From: a virus
Taxonomy: Duplodnaviria; Caudoviricetes
DNA length: 56,346 nucleotides
IMG/VR virus record: IMGVR_UViG_3300009163_002034
Coordinates: 1-56,346 of that record
Strand: one strand, 5' to 3'
Below, piece after piece: positions 30,645-40,801 of the stretch (its first letter is position 1; every line of letters begins with the position of its first letter). The translations under genes were made by a program, and so were the position numbers. The notes under the pieces are model-generated. The model worked only from the letters and a program-made list of their open reading frames with translations, had not been told where the DNA came from and searched no databases.

Positions 30645-31026
30645 AGTGTTGGATCACTATAATAACCCCCGCAATGCGGGAACCTTTGATAAGGAGGACA
30701 CGCACGTTGGGACTGGTATGGTAGGAGCCCCGGCGTGCGGTTAGTTAGGTGATGTAATGAAGCTTCAAATTAAAGTAGATAAACTAACAGGGATAATAAC
30801 AGATGCCAAATTTAAAACATATGGGTGCGGGTCGGCAATTGCTAGCTCAAGTCTTGTCACTGAGTGGGTCAAAGGTAAAACACTTGATGAAGCTGCCCAG
30901 CTCCGAAACTCTCAAATCGCAGAAGAACTTGCACTCCCCCCGGTCAAAATCCATTGCTCAATCCTTGCAGAAGACGCCATCAAAGCCGCAGTAAATGATT
31001 ATAAACAGAGACATGTTACTCACTGA
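30628..31026 (+). CDS. iscU: Fe-S cluster scaffold IscU, interrupted by an in-frame 9-nt insertion containing TAG (30742-44)
   Basis: GGAG RBS; MAYSDKVLDHYNNPRNAG...VGAPACG*LGDVMKLQIKV...FKTYGCGSAIASSS...LPPVKIHCSILAEDAIKAA. Confidence 0.9.
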
Positions 31027-31720
31027 GGATATTGTCCCCATAACATACATGAGCGCAACCGGCGGCAATTTTTTATGTCATTTTATTATAAGTGCAAAAA
31101 GAAACATAAAAACTGTTATTGAACTTAGTGAGCATGGAAATGCACATAAAACCAATTTCAAAGATATTGTTGGGCCACCCTTAGGCCCCAAAGAGCCCGA
31201 TCAATATAAAATTGATTTTATATTGTCTCAATTAGAACATATAAATCAAAAAGGTATACCAAGTTATCCTGTTGTGCAAAAACCATACTATACCACCTCA
31301 CATATAGTTGATATTAACTTAATTAGTGCTTATTTTAAAAAATTTATTAGAATTACATATGATTTGGATGACATAGAAGAACTTGCTACTGTTTTCTATG
31401 GTAAATGGTACATTGATGAAGGTCATGTTAAATCAGTTATAAATACAAGACGGTCTCATGAAATATTTATTGATATGTACCAATCAAAATTTACTAGACC
31501 AAATTTAGTAAATTTTAATTCAAAATTTACTAAATTAGAAAACATGCCTAATGTGTTGTTCATCTCTTGGAAAGAATTTTTCAAAGGAAATATTGAGGAA
31601 TTAATAACCAAACTAAGTATATTTACAGAGATTGATACAAATAATTTCTCACGTGAATCATTGATGCATTGGAGAAATAAAACTCAATATTGTATTGACA
31701 AATTTATGGATATATGTTAA
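31013..31720 (+). CDS. P-loop/sulfotransferase-like protein
   Basis: YMSATGGNFL N-terminal loop, paralogous to 44695. Confidence 0.5.
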   Translation: MLLTEDIVPITYMSATGGNFLCHFIISAKRNIKTVIELSEHGNAHKTNFKDIVGPPLGPKEPDQYKIDFILSQLEHINQKGIPSYPVVQKPYYTTSHIVDINLISAYFKKFIRITYDLDDIEELATVFYGKWYIDEGHVKSVINTRRSHEIFIDMYQSKFTRPNLVNFNSKFTKLENMPNVLFISWKEFFKGNIEELITKLSIFTEIDTNNFSRESLMHWRNKTQYCIDKFMDIC

Positions 31721-31723
31721 ACT
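31695..31723 (+). promoter_or_regulatory. Sigma70-type promoter
   Basis: TTGACA-N17-TAAACT with extended TG, 6 nt before ATG 31730. Confidence 0.6.
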
Positions 31724-31729
31724 ATTAAT

Positions 31730-32020
31730 ATGAGCAATGAAGTCGCAAAATTTTTAAACAGTCGCCGTCGCCATAAAAACGATGTAGCAGTCGCAAGACA
31801 AGTACGTATTGCCAAAGGATTTGGTATACCTGTTAAAGAACCGCATAAGTTTGCCAAACATCACGCTATGAATTGTGGCAATACAAATTGTGTAATGTGC
31901 GGTAACCCACGCAAGACATTCAAAGAATTAACACAGCAAGAAAAACGTTTGTTTCAAGATGTTGAAAAAACATCAGACAAACATAGTAATGGTATCTTAC
32001 CAAAAGATACAGATAAATAA
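31730..32020 (+). CDS. Basic Zn-binding hypothetical protein
   Basis: CGNTNCVMCGNPRK. Confidence 0.65.
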   Translation: MSNEVAKFLNSRRRHKNDVAVARQVRIAKGFGIPVKEPHKFAKHHAMNCGNTNCVMCGNPRKTFKELTQQEKRLFQDVEKTSDKHSNGILPKDTDK

Positions 32021-32038
32021 ACATTTTAAAGGAAAAAC

Positions 32039-32506
32039 ATGTCAGAAACAATTAACAGTTTACATACAGCATATTCCGGAGAAAGCCAGGCACACACTAA
32101 GTATAGATACTTTGCAAAAATCGCACGTGAAGAAGGCTTTGAGGATATAGCAAAGCATTTTGAGCATACAGCAGACCAAGAGTTACTACACTCATGGGGT
32201 CATTTAGAATTGATTATTGGTAAGCCAACCACTAAGAAATGCTTAGAACTTGCTATTGAAGGTGAAACATATGAGTTTACAGAGATGTATCCTCGCTTCA
32301 AAGAAGTTGCTGAATTTGAGGGTGATTTGGCTGCTGCCAATGAAGCACACACTCAGATTGCTGAATCAAAAGAACATGCTGAACAGTTTAAAGCTATGTT
32401 GAAAAAGGCTGAAAAACGTTTTACAGCACTAGCTAAAGTTGAGCAACGCCATGCTGAAGCATACCAAACTAAATTGGATGAATTAAACCAAATGGAGGCA
32501 AGATAA
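32039..32506 (+). CDS. rbr: Rubrerythrin (ferritin-like domain)
   Basis: AYSGESQA..Y.YFA..AREEG, EGETYEFTEMYP, ESKEH. Confidence 0.9.
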   Translation: MSETINSLHTAYSGESQAHTKYRYFAKIAREEGFEDIAKHFEHTADQELLHSWGHLELIIGKPTTKKCLELAIEGETYEFTEMYPRFKEVAEFEGDLAAANEAHTQIAESKEHAEQFKAMLKKAEKRFTALAKVEQRHAEAYQTKLDELNQMEAR

Positions 32507-32640
32507 TGGATCACGTTTGCGTAATTTGCGGTCATGTACATGACGAAGAAACAGAAGGTAAATGGGAAGACTTGCCAGAGGACTTTCCTTGCCCAGAATG
32601 CGGTGGATTTAAAGCCGACTACGAAACTATTGATTTTTAA
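32506..32640 (+). CDS. Rubredoxin, 44 aa (absent from ORF track)
   Basis: MDHVCVICGHVHDEETEGKWEDLPEDFPCPECGGFKADYETIDF; GGAGG RBS. Confidence 0.9.
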   Translation: MDHVCVICGHVHDEETEGKWEDLPEDFPCPECGGFKADYETIDF

Positions 32641-32646
32641 CACTTG

Positions 32647-33513
32647 ATGCAATTGCATGATGGTTATTTGAGTTGGTCTGGGAACGGATCAACTTGGAAT
32701 GTAGATTTTAAACCAGTTACTCGACCCATCAAATCCTTTTATGAAGAAACTGTATTAGTAGCTGAAAAACTTTGGGCTGAAAAGCAAGGCAATATTCACT
32801 TATGCTATAGTGGTGGTCTTGATAGTGAATACGTGTTAGCAGTATTTAGAACGTTAGGTATGCCAATCACACCCGTGATTATGCGTACACAATACAATCA
32901 CCATGAAACACAATACGCATTTAAATATTGTGATAAAAATAATATTACTCCGATTGTCATTGATTTAGATTATGATAAATTTGTAGAGTCCGGCGAGTTC
33001 TTAAAAATCGCAACAGACTATAAAATAGCAGCATTTCAAATGCCTAGCAATTTGTGGCTTACTACTCAAATAGACGGAACAGTAGTAACAGGGGATTCTG
33101 ATCCCCATTTGTTTTTAGTAAATGATAATGAATGGTATGTAGATGAACTAGAACCTTTGTATACACAATTCAATTTCTATGAGCAAAACAATATTTACGG
33201 GACACCTTTCTTTTTAAGTTACACCGCAGAACAGTATTTTGCGTTCTTGACCGACCCAACAATGCAACAGTTAGCAAACAATCAGATACCTGGTAAAACA
33301 GGATCTTATTCTAGCAAAGTTCATGTATATAACAATCAAAATAAATTTGTATTAGAACAACGTGTTAAAAAACACGGGTATGAAATCGTAGAACAAAGTT
33401 CTATTTTTAATCACCCTGACATACAATTAGTAAATAGTTGGAAAGATAAATGGTGGGGCTCCAGTAACCATGAATATTTTAAACTTATCGAAGGGTTATC
33501 ATGGACAAAATAG
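32647..33513 (+). CDS. N-type ATP pyrophosphatase (PP-loop; AsnB/QueC-like superfamily)
   Basis: LCYSGGLDSE. Confidence 0.75.
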   Translation: MQLHDGYLSWSGNGSTWNVDFKPVTRPIKSFYEETVLVAEKLWAEKQGNIHLCYSGGLDSEYVLAVFRTLGMPITPVIMRTQYNHHETQYAFKYCDKNNITPIVIDLDYDKFVESGEFLKIATDYKIAAFQMPSNLWLTTQIDGTVVTGDSDPHLFLVNDNEWYVDELEPLYTQFNFYEQNNIYGTPFFLSYTAEQYFAFLTDPTMQQLANNQIPGKTGSYSSKVHVYNNQNKFVLEQRVKKHGYEIVEQSSIFNHPDIQLVNSWKDKWWGSSNHEYFKLIEGLSWTK

Positions 33514-34031
33514 AAATGATTACACTTACTAAAGAAAATAAAAGTGAGTTTTTTGAAAAATTAAAACAAGCATTGACTGAAAAGTTTGGTGATGAATTAC
33601 CTGAGAACTATGGTACATTACAGCCATGGAGTTTATTAAATTTGATTAACAATGATATAGTAGACACTTATCAATTGTTATATGTAAATGATAAATTTTG
33701 GACAGCAACCGGCGGTATAGTAAGAGAATTTAATAAGGGAAAAGTATATCAAGCAGTGTTTCGTGGATTCTCATATGCTGACCACCGACACAAAGGGTTA
33801 GGTGTAAAATCATATACACATATGTATAATACATCATATCAAATTCAACGAGCTAAAGAACTCAACTGTAATAGTGTAATCATATCCTTTAACGACTATA
33901 ATTACAAGTTATTTGAGTTAAATCAACGATACTTACTACCCAGAGCGTTTCCAAATCATACCTTTGTTGCATCCAGTGAACCTATATTGTTTAACGGTGT
34001 AAAACAATGGTTGTTGACTATGAAATTGTAA
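33501..34031 (+). CDS. GNAT-like acyltransferase
   Basis: HRHKGLG motif A. Confidence 0.5.
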   Translation: MDKIEMITLTKENKSEFFEKLKQALTEKFGDELPENYGTLQPWSLLNLINNDIVDTYQLLYVNDKFWTATGGIVREFNKGKVYQAVFRGFSYADHRHKGLGVKSYTHMYNTSYQIQRAKELNCNSVIISFNDYNYKLFELNQRYLLPRAFPNHTFVASSEPILFNGVKQWLLTMKL

Positions 34032-34043
34032 CTAAATACTAAT

Positions 34044-34751
34044 ATGACATATAAACAACAACTTCTAATAACTCAAGTATATACTCACTTTTTCTTTGTT
34101 TTGGGCGCGATTTTGTTTCCATGGTACGTGACAATTCCTGCAATTGTGCTATCGCAGATTGTGTATGTTGGATTGTGTGGAACAATGTTATTTCATAGAA
34201 CAATTGCACACAGAAACACAATTCATCCTTTAGCAGAAACAGTTTTAATTTTAGTGTCATGGTTAGGGGCTACTTCATCTGCGCTTGCTTGGGCAGGAGT
34301 GCATAGAAAACATCATAGATATAGTGATACTGAAAAAGACCCGCATAGTCCCAAATGGATGGGTAGATGGAAAGCATACTGGCAACTATCTAACAATGAC
34401 ACTGATATAGTAAAGTATGTCCCTGATCTATTAAGAAAACCCTTATACCTATTTCAACATAAGTATTACTTTCATGTGTTATGGCCTATTCACCTAGTTG
34501 GATTGATATTCTTGTCATGGCAATGGTATTGGATTTTGTTAGTTGTGCCAGGCGTTCTCATGTGGTTTGGTGGTAGTATGATTAATGTATTCTGTCATGG
34601 CAATGAAGGTCCACGTAATATACCGTTACTAGGCTTTTTGATTGGCGGAGAAGGATGGCACAAGAATCACCATGAAGAACCAGCTAACCCGTCATTTAGA
34701 CACTGGGGTGATTGGGGCGGACATTTCCACAAATTATTAAGTGTAAAATGA
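34044..34751 (+). CDS. Membrane fatty-acid (delta-9-type) desaturase 1
   Basis: HRTIAH, HRKHH, DPHSP, GEGWHKNHH. Confidence 0.9.
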   Translation: MTYKQQLLITQVYTHFFFVLGAILFPWYVTIPAIVLSQIVYVGLCGTMLFHRTIAHRNTIHPLAETVLILVSWLGATSSALAWAGVHRKHHRYSDTEKDPHSPKWMGRWKAYWQLSNNDTDIVKYVPDLLRKPLYLFQHKYYFHVLWPIHLVGLIFLSWQWYWILLVVPGVLMWFGGSMINVFCHGNEGPRNIPLLGFLIGGEGWHKNHHEEPANPSFRHWGDWGGHFHKLLSVK

Positions 34752-35452
34752 AACTCAAACACCAGTTGCCTACCTATAGTATAATAGATCATTTATCTTT
34801 AGATGAAGAACTACTACTGGAATTGCAGAACTGTGTTAGTGAGTTAAACAATGAATTTAAATCAGTACTTGAAGTTAATAAAGGACTGTGCGGTGTACAT
34901 CATGACTTGTTGAAATCTGTTTACGATAATTTTTTTCAAATTAGTTTGACCGATAGTGTAGTAGAAAATAAAAATATTACAATGAACGAGTGTGAGGTTG
35001 CTCACGACAACTTGTATAAGAATGGATATAGACATAAACAATTATTGGCGTTAGATGATAATAATGTTTTAAATGAATCTACTTATACGTCTAAAACAGA
35101 TATCTATCATAGATATGCACACATTTTTGATAAGGTACTTGCAAAATTTAAAGGTAGCCCTACTAGGATTCGTCTAGTAAAATTGGAAGCAGGCAGTAAC
35201 GTTTCACCGCATATTGATTACGATCCTAGCTATGCAGTTAGAATTATCATACCAATTATTGCAGACCCTGAATGTGTGAATGTATTTTGGGTAAAAAATG
35301 ATGTAGAAGCTACTATGTTTGTTCCTGGAAAAGCATATTTTTTAAACACAGGATACAAACATGCAGTAATGAACATGAGTAAATGTGATAGGTATACTTT
35401 CATGATTTCTATTAATGGTACTGAAGATATAGACCATCTTATACAAAAATGA
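34748..35452 (+). CDS. 2OG-Fe(II) oxygenase, Asp/Asn beta-hydroxylase-like
   Basis: RIRLVKL..PHIDYD..LNTGYKHAVMN..DR. Confidence 0.75.
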   Translation: MKLKHQLPTYSIIDHLSLDEELLLELQNCVSELNNEFKSVLEVNKGLCGVHHDLLKSVYDNFFQISLTDSVVENKNITMNECEVAHDNLYKNGYRHKQLLALDDNNVLNESTYTSKTDIYHRYAHIFDKVLAKFKGSPTRIRLVKLEAGSNVSPHIDYDPSYAVRIIIPIIADPECVNVFWVKNDVEATMFVPGKAYFLNTGYKHAVMNMSKCDRYTFMISINGTEDIDHLIQK

Positions 35453-36036
35453 ACCCATTTACTTATCGTTATTTAGATGTGCCAAACTCACATCAAATAC
35501 AAGAAGAATTAAAAAATTTCATTTTGCCATATTGTGAAGATAAACCAACTGGTCTCTGGTCTGTAGATTTATTGAAATTTTTTGCAAAATGTCCGGAATC
35601 AATTCAATATTTAACCAATTTTAATTTATCAAACAAATTAAAAAAAGTATGTTATATCATTGTTCACCCTGGGTCCGGAGAAAAAGATGCACATGTAGAT
35701 AGAAACATAGAGCCACCAGCATCATTTGGTACTGATACTAACGGGTGCTTAAGTCTTAATTTTGGTATACATAATTGTACAGAAACACCGGTGATATTTT
35801 ATGAATACTTAACTGGACCAAAAGACTATGTACCATTACCAGATCCTTCCGAAGGTTCTTATATATTCTATGCCAAATCAACACTAAAAGAAATTGATAG
35901 GTATATCTTAGATGCCCCGGTTATTATGAACAACACTGTTCCTCACGCTATATACAATAATACAGATAAAATTCGTATATCGGTGAGTTTTAGATTTTCA
36001 ACTGACCCATGGAACTTGACCCAAATAAATCAATAG
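35449..36036 (+). CDS. 2OG-Fe(II)/cupin-like oxygenase
   Basis: AHVD..VPHAIYN..RISVSFRF. Confidence 0.65.
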   Translation: MNPFTYRYLDVPNSHQIQEELKNFILPYCEDKPTGLWSVDLLKFFAKCPESIQYLTNFNLSNKLKKVCYIIVHPGSGEKDAHVDRNIEPPASFGTDTNGCLSLNFGIHNCTETPVIFYEYLTGPKDYVPLPDPSEGSYIFYAKSTLKEIDRYILDAPVIMNNTVPHAIYNNTDKIRISVSFRFSTDPWNLTQINQ

Positions 36037-36653
36037 TTATATTCAGTCACCCTAGAAGTGGTAGTACTTGGATACAGGATAGTTTACCTCAATTTAATTT
36101 GAGTGAATTGTTTACCATGTACTGCCATATAAAAAGTGTAGATATCAATAGTGGGATACGATATCGTTACTCATCTGAACCTGCAAATGATTTAGACTAC
36201 AGATTTGAATTGTTTGACAAGTTTCAAAAACAACATAATGCAATATCTGTAAAGGTTCACTTACATTTACTTACTGATGAAATATGTAATTTTTTTGAGA
36301 GCAAAGACTTACAATATATATTACTGGAACGCAATAATAATATGGATACGTTTTGGAGTCTATTAATTGCACTTAACACACTAGAATTACATAACACAAT
36401 AAATACAAAAACTATTTTTGTCTCTCGTCAGTCATTTGATGACGCAGTTTATATTATGAATGAGTGCAAGAATAGAATAGATGAGGTTAGAAGACGATTT
36501 AAACCAATTGAGATTATATATGAAGATTTGATTCAAGAGCCAATTTCTGCTGTATGGAATCCTAGTTCAAAATACATAATTCAAAATGCTAAAGATAAAA
36601 CAGAAATAACTAACATTGAAGAAGTAACTTTTTGGTTAAAGGATAAAATATAA
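36009..36653 (+). CDS. Sulfotransferase-like protein (Stf0-type)
   Basis: HPRSGST PAPS-binding loop, LLER, YEDL. Confidence 0.7.
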   Translation: MELDPNKSIVIFSHPRSGSTWIQDSLPQFNLSELFTMYCHIKSVDINSGIRYRYSSEPANDLDYRFELFDKFQKQHNAISVKVHLHLLTDEICNFFESKDLQYILLERNNNMDTFWSLLIALNTLELHNTINTKTIFVSRQSFDDAVYIMNECKNRIDEVRRRFKPIEIIYEDLIQEPISAVWNPSSKYIIQNAKDKTEITNIEEVTFWLKDKI

Positions 36654-36654
36654 C

Positions 36655-37416
36655 ATGCAATTAGGATCAACATCACATAATATTAATTTATTGACTTTGG
36701 GAGTGACAATTAGTGTTGTTTTGGGATTTTTTAACTCACCAATGTTCACTCTATCTAATATGTTAGTAACTTTGGTCAGTTTCTATATACTGAATATTCT
36801 AGGTAATTGGATGACATTACATAGATATTACTCACACAGATCATTTGAATTTAAAAACAATTTCTTAAAATTGATTTTCACTTTATTAGCAGTACTATCC
36901 GGTAGAGGTAGTCCACTCGGTTGGTCATATCTACATAGAAAACATCATGCATATTCTGACACAGAACAAGATCCGCATAGCCCTAAATATTTAGGATACA
37001 AGATTTTTGGTTTTAACCATTATAAAAAACAAGAAGAAGAATCAATGCAAATCTTTCTAGTAAAAGATTTGATGACTAAAGAACAATTGTTTATCCACAA
37101 ATGGTATATAGCTATCATATTGTCATTTGTGTGTGCGTTAGCACTAATCAATTTAGAGTTATTATATTTTGTTTGGATACTTCCTACTTTTTTAGTTCAC
37201 TTGAGTCAAAACAATTTTAACTATTTTGGACATACAAATGGATATAGAAACTTTGAAACAAAAGATGATAGCAGAAATAATATATGGTTATTTCCTTTTA
37301 TATTAGGAGAAGCTTGGCATAATAATCATCATTATGATGCTAAAAACTACTCAACTAAAAAGAACAAATATGAATTTGATCCATTAAGTTTTGTCATAAC
37401 TATAATAAAAAAATGA
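36655..37416 (+). CDS. Membrane fatty-acid desaturase 2
   Basis: HRYYSH, HRKHH, DPHSP, GEAWHNNHH. Confidence 0.9.
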   Translation: MQLGSTSHNINLLTLGVTISVVLGFFNSPMFTLSNMLVTLVSFYILNILGNWMTLHRYYSHRSFEFKNNFLKLIFTLLAVLSGRGSPLGWSYLHRKHHAYSDTEQDPHSPKYLGYKIFGFNHYKKQEEESMQIFLVKDLMTKEQLFIHKWYIAIILSFVCALALINLELLYFVWILPTFLVHLSQNNFNYFGHTNGYRNFETKDDSRNNIWLFPFILGEAWHNNHHYDAKNYSTKKNKYEFDPLSFVITIIKK

Positions 37417-38018
37417 TAATATACACTCCTATCGATCTACCTAAAATAGAACCTGATAATTGGGAAGTATTTTGGGATATATGGAATACACATCAAAATT
37501 ACTTAGTCAAAACAAAAAATAATACACCATTATCTAATGCGTCTATTGGGGTTGCTGATCTGTGGTTGGGTTTAGATATTTTAAAAAAAACAACAGCGTA
37601 TACAGCTTGGCAGGCACCTTTTTTTGATATTAAACATTTATTACCTAATATGTATAATTCATTAGTAACTTTGTTCCCTACTGCTACTGTTATTAGATTA
37701 GTGCAAAGTCAAAAAAACTTTGGGGCTCACACTGATGATAATAGAAATGTTTGGTATATACGTGCATATTTACACTATACTAGTTCAAAATCTCAATGGT
37801 ATTTTACTAAACCACATGATTCAAGGGGTAACAGAACATATATTGAGTTACCGGAAGAAACCAATTGGTTTGCATATAATGACTTAAATTGTTGGCACGG
37901 GACTGATTTTGACCCTAATAATAAAAAGATTTTACTACAAGTTTTTGGTAATTATACACCTCCCTCACTGATCGAACAAAGTATCAATAAATACAAAAAC
38001 TATACCATAGACTTTTAA
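37413..38018 (+). CDS. 2OG-Fe(II)/cupin-like oxygenase
   Basis: AHTDD..WHG. Confidence 0.55.
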   Translation: MIIYTPIDLPKIEPDNWEVFWDIWNTHQNYLVKTKNNTPLSNASIGVADLWLGLDILKKTTAYTAWQAPFFDIKHLLPNMYNSLVTLFPTATVIRLVQSQKNFGAHTDDNRNVWYIRAYLHYTSSKSQWYFTKPHDSRGNRTYIELPEETNWFAYNDLNCWHGTDFDPNNKKILLQVFGNYTPPSLIEQSINKYKNYTIDF

Positions 38019-38019
38019 A

Positions 38020-38526
38020 ATGTATTATAAACAACTAAATGTCAGTTCTAACATAATTGACAATCTTAAAAAAAAGATAGAAACTACCACAGAAGACCAA
38101 TGGAAAACTACATTAGAGCAAGAATTGATATTATTAACAATTGACGATTTCTCACCAGACCCCGCGATTAAAAAACTTATCACCGATGTAGGTAATATTA
38201 ATAGATTATCAATTTTTAGATTTTTTGGAAAAGAATGTTATAACTGGCACATAGATGCAATAAGAGAATCATCTATTAATATGTTGTTAACAGGATTTGA
38301 TAGTATGTGTATTTTTGGCAATCCAGCAAAAAATCGTAGATTTACTGACATTATTAGATTACAGCATGAACCTGCTCAATATTATATAATGAATGTAAAG
38401 AAGATGCACACTGTCTATAATTTTGGGGATGAAACACGACATGTACTAAGTATAGGATTACCTAGCATAACTTATGAAGGTGCATGTAAATATTTACAAG
38501 ACCATGCCCTAATATTGAATAAATAA
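38020..38526 (+). CDS. 2OG-Fe(II)/cupin-like oxygenase
   Basis: WHID..MHTVYN..R. Confidence 0.6.
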   Translation: MYYKQLNVSSNIIDNLKKKIETTTEDQWKTTLEQELILLTIDDFSPDPAIKKLITDVGNINRLSIFRFFGKECYNWHIDAIRESSINMLLTGFDSMCIFGNPAKNRRFTDIIRLQHEPAQYYIMNVKKMHTVYNFGDETRHVLSIGLPSITYEGACKYLQDHALILNK

Positions 38527-38530
38527 ACTC

Positions 38531-39103
38531 ATGTCATTTGAAGTACGCTATGTAACCGAAGAATACGATGAATTATGTGATAGCATTGTGCTGGCACAAA
38601 AAAAAATAAGTGGAACAAAACCTATTTCCCATGAGAAATATTTAGAAATTAAAAAATCTGCAAGTGATTTAATTAAAATTGGATATTTTGAGAACAATAA
38701 ACTTATAAGTTGGATTATTGTTGCTTTTCGAGAAAGTAAAATGCGTGGTAAATTTTGGGTTATAGCTGGATTGTTTACTACTAATTTTGAAGAACGATTT
38801 TCTTTTGCTAGGCCGGAATTTGGTCTCATATTTAAAAGAGCGTTTGAGATAGCAGAAGAAAAGGGATATTTTCAATATTTTTACTGCGTTTCTGAAAAAA
38901 TAGAGAGGGTATATGAAAGACAGTGGAAGAAGAATCCCTGGGGATTTAATGGTAGATATGATTTAATCACGCTGGATATAGTGCCTGCAAATACTCAACC
39001 AAAATACGAATTATATTGGAAATTGATGGGACAAGAACTAAAGCCTGATAATATGGTAATAAAGGCAAGAATATTAAAAAATTATGATCCACATACTAAA
39101 TAA
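38531..39103 (+). CDS. Hypothetical protein, possible GNAT fold
   Basis: IGYFENNKLISW..AFEIAEEKGY pattern; weak. Confidence 0.45.
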   Translation: MSFEVRYVTEEYDELCDSIVLAQKKISGTKPISHEKYLEIKKSASDLIKIGYFENNKLISWIIVAFRESKMRGKFWVIAGLFTTNFEERFSFARPEFGLIFKRAFEIAEEKGYFQYFYCVSEKIERVYERQWKKNPWGFNGRYDLITLDIVPANTQPKYELYWKLMGQELKPDNMVIKARILKNYDPHTK

Positions 39104-39107
39104 TAAT

Positions 39108-39884
39108 ATGAAAAACTTTTTTACAAGTAGTACCCTTGGCGCTCAGATATTTTTAATTACATCCTTGTTTGGTTCAATACTAGGTGCATATATCTACGGC
39201 ATCGGAGCAACTGAGTTAGTGTTAGTAGTAACTGGATATTTTGTATATGGTTGTCTTGGGATTGTTGTTACATATCATAGACAATTAACACACCAAAGCT
39301 ATACCACATATCCTTTATTAACTAAAGTTTTATCAGTATTTGGTTGTTTTGCAGGTACCGGTAGCCCATTAGCTTGGGTTGCAATTCACTTGAATCATCA
39401 CTTAAAAAGTGACAAACCATCTGACCCTCATAGTCCGTTATATAAAGGATTGAGGATCTTCAATCTAGATTACGTAAATGAAGTTGACGCTAATACTAAA
39501 TGGCGTATGCGCGGATTAGTTACTGATAGATTCCAACAGTTATTGCATCGTTATTATTTTGCTATCATTGGTTTGTACAGTCTTACATTGTTTATAATTG
39601 GTGGATTTTATTTAATGATATTTTTACATTGGTTACCGGCACTGATTACAGGACTTATGAGTAATGTAGTTAATTACATAGGACATAAACCAACTTGGTG
39701 GGGTGGATATCGTAGTTATAATCTTAACGACCAAAGTTCAAATAACTGGTTATGGGCAATACCTAGTTGGGGAGAAGCTTGGCACAACAACCATCATAGA
39801 TTTCCTAAGGATTATACCTTTAGAAAAAAATGGTGGGAGTTAGACATAGCCGGACTTATCATTTCTCTAATTAGGAAAGCATGA
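39108..39884 (+). CDS. Membrane fatty-acid desaturase 3
   Basis: HRQLTH, HLNHH, DPHSP, GEAWHNNHH; alternative start at 39084. Confidence 0.9.
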   Translation: MKNFFTSSTLGAQIFLITSLFGSILGAYIYGIGATELVLVVTGYFVYGCLGIVVTYHRQLTHQSYTTYPLLTKVLSVFGCFAGTGSPLAWVAIHLNHHLKSDKPSDPHSPLYKGLRIFNLDYVNEVDANTKWRMRGLVTDRFQQLLHRYYFAIIGLYSLTLFIIGGFYLMIFLHWLPALITGLMSNVVNYIGHKPTWWGGYRSYNLNDQSSNNWLWAIPSWGEAWHNNHHRFPKDYTFRKKWWELDIAGLIISLIRKA

Positions 39885-40801
39885 TTAAGACTACTCTTAA
39901 TGATTGGCTCGTTTGGAGCTACAATGATGTTCCCTTCGGACAACGAACAAACAAAGATGACGTTTATAAATTTACTATAAATCATCTACCGAGTAGTGAG
40001 CCGATAAAATCTTACAAAGAAGAATTATACAACAACGCTAAGTTAATGAGAGATTACCATACTGGTAAATTTGATGTATTGTTATCCGGCGGCATTGATA
40101 GTGAAGTAATTGTTAGAACTTTTAAAGATTTGGGCATCACTCACAATACCTACATTTTTAAATATGAAGATAATATAAATCACAAAGATGTAGCATCAGC
40201 CATAGAAATTGCTACCAGTTTAAATATCCCATATACAGTAATAGATTTTAATTTAGAAAAATTCTTTAACACAGAGGCATATGATGTGTTTCAAAAAAGC
40301 GGATGCATCAGAGCAGGTAGACTCCCACATTTGAAATTTTTTGATTATTTAGATAATATTCCATTAATGGGAGAGGGAGAACCATATTGGTCAAGAGTAT
40401 TAGTTGGAGACTATAGTAAAAAATCAGAGTGGTTATTTCCTATGAATGAATCAAATCATAATTGTGCAATCTACTTGCATAATTTAGGTAGAGATAATTT
40501 ATGCGACTGGTATGAATTTAGTCCCAACCTCATTAAGGCGTTTAATAATTTATCACTTATACAAGATTTATTAAACGATAATATAGTTGGCAAGACAAGT
40601 TGCTGGACTAGTAGAATCCCTATACATTTAACAATATGGCCCGATATTAAACATAAACATAAATCAACAGGGTATGAGGGTGATAAGTATCCAGGTGTGT
40701 ATCCTGAATATATTACCAAAATTCAAGATTACATGACCAGTACTATCGGCTCCGGTAATGAATATTGGGTTAACTATGATGAGTTAACTCAATTATTTTA
40801 A
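39881..40801 (+). CDS. N-type ATP pyrophosphatase (PP-loop)
   Basis: VLLSGGIDSE. Confidence 0.75.
   Translation: MIKTTLNDWLVWSYNDVPFGQRTNKDDVYKFTINHLPSSEPIKSYKEELYNNAKLMRDYHTGKFDVLLSGGIDSEVIVRTFKDLGITHNTYIFKYEDNINHKDVASAIEIATSLNIPYTVIDFNLEKFFNTEAYDVFQKSGCIRAGRLPHLKFFDYLDNIPLMGEGEPYWSRVLVGDYSKKSEWLFPMNESNHNCAIYLHNLGRDNLCDWYEFSPNLIKAFNNLSLIQDLLNDNIVGKTSCWTSRIPIHLTIWPDIKHKHKSTGYEGDKYPGVYPEYITKIQDYMTSTIGSGNEYWVNYDELTQLF

Noticed and set aside
30742-30744. Genome-wide amber recoding or suppressor tRNA as the explanation for the iscU TAG
   Set aside because: Other conserved genes have no internal TAG, TAG ends genes normally (54123, 55858), no CTA-anticodon tRNA is in the window, and read-through would leave three extra residues next to the Fe-S ligand Cys. 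A suppressor elsewhere in the genome cannot be excluded.
30757-31026. 89-aa ORF as a stand-alone gene
   Set aside because: It is the C-terminal part of IscU; the N-terminal part with RBS is in frame from 30628.
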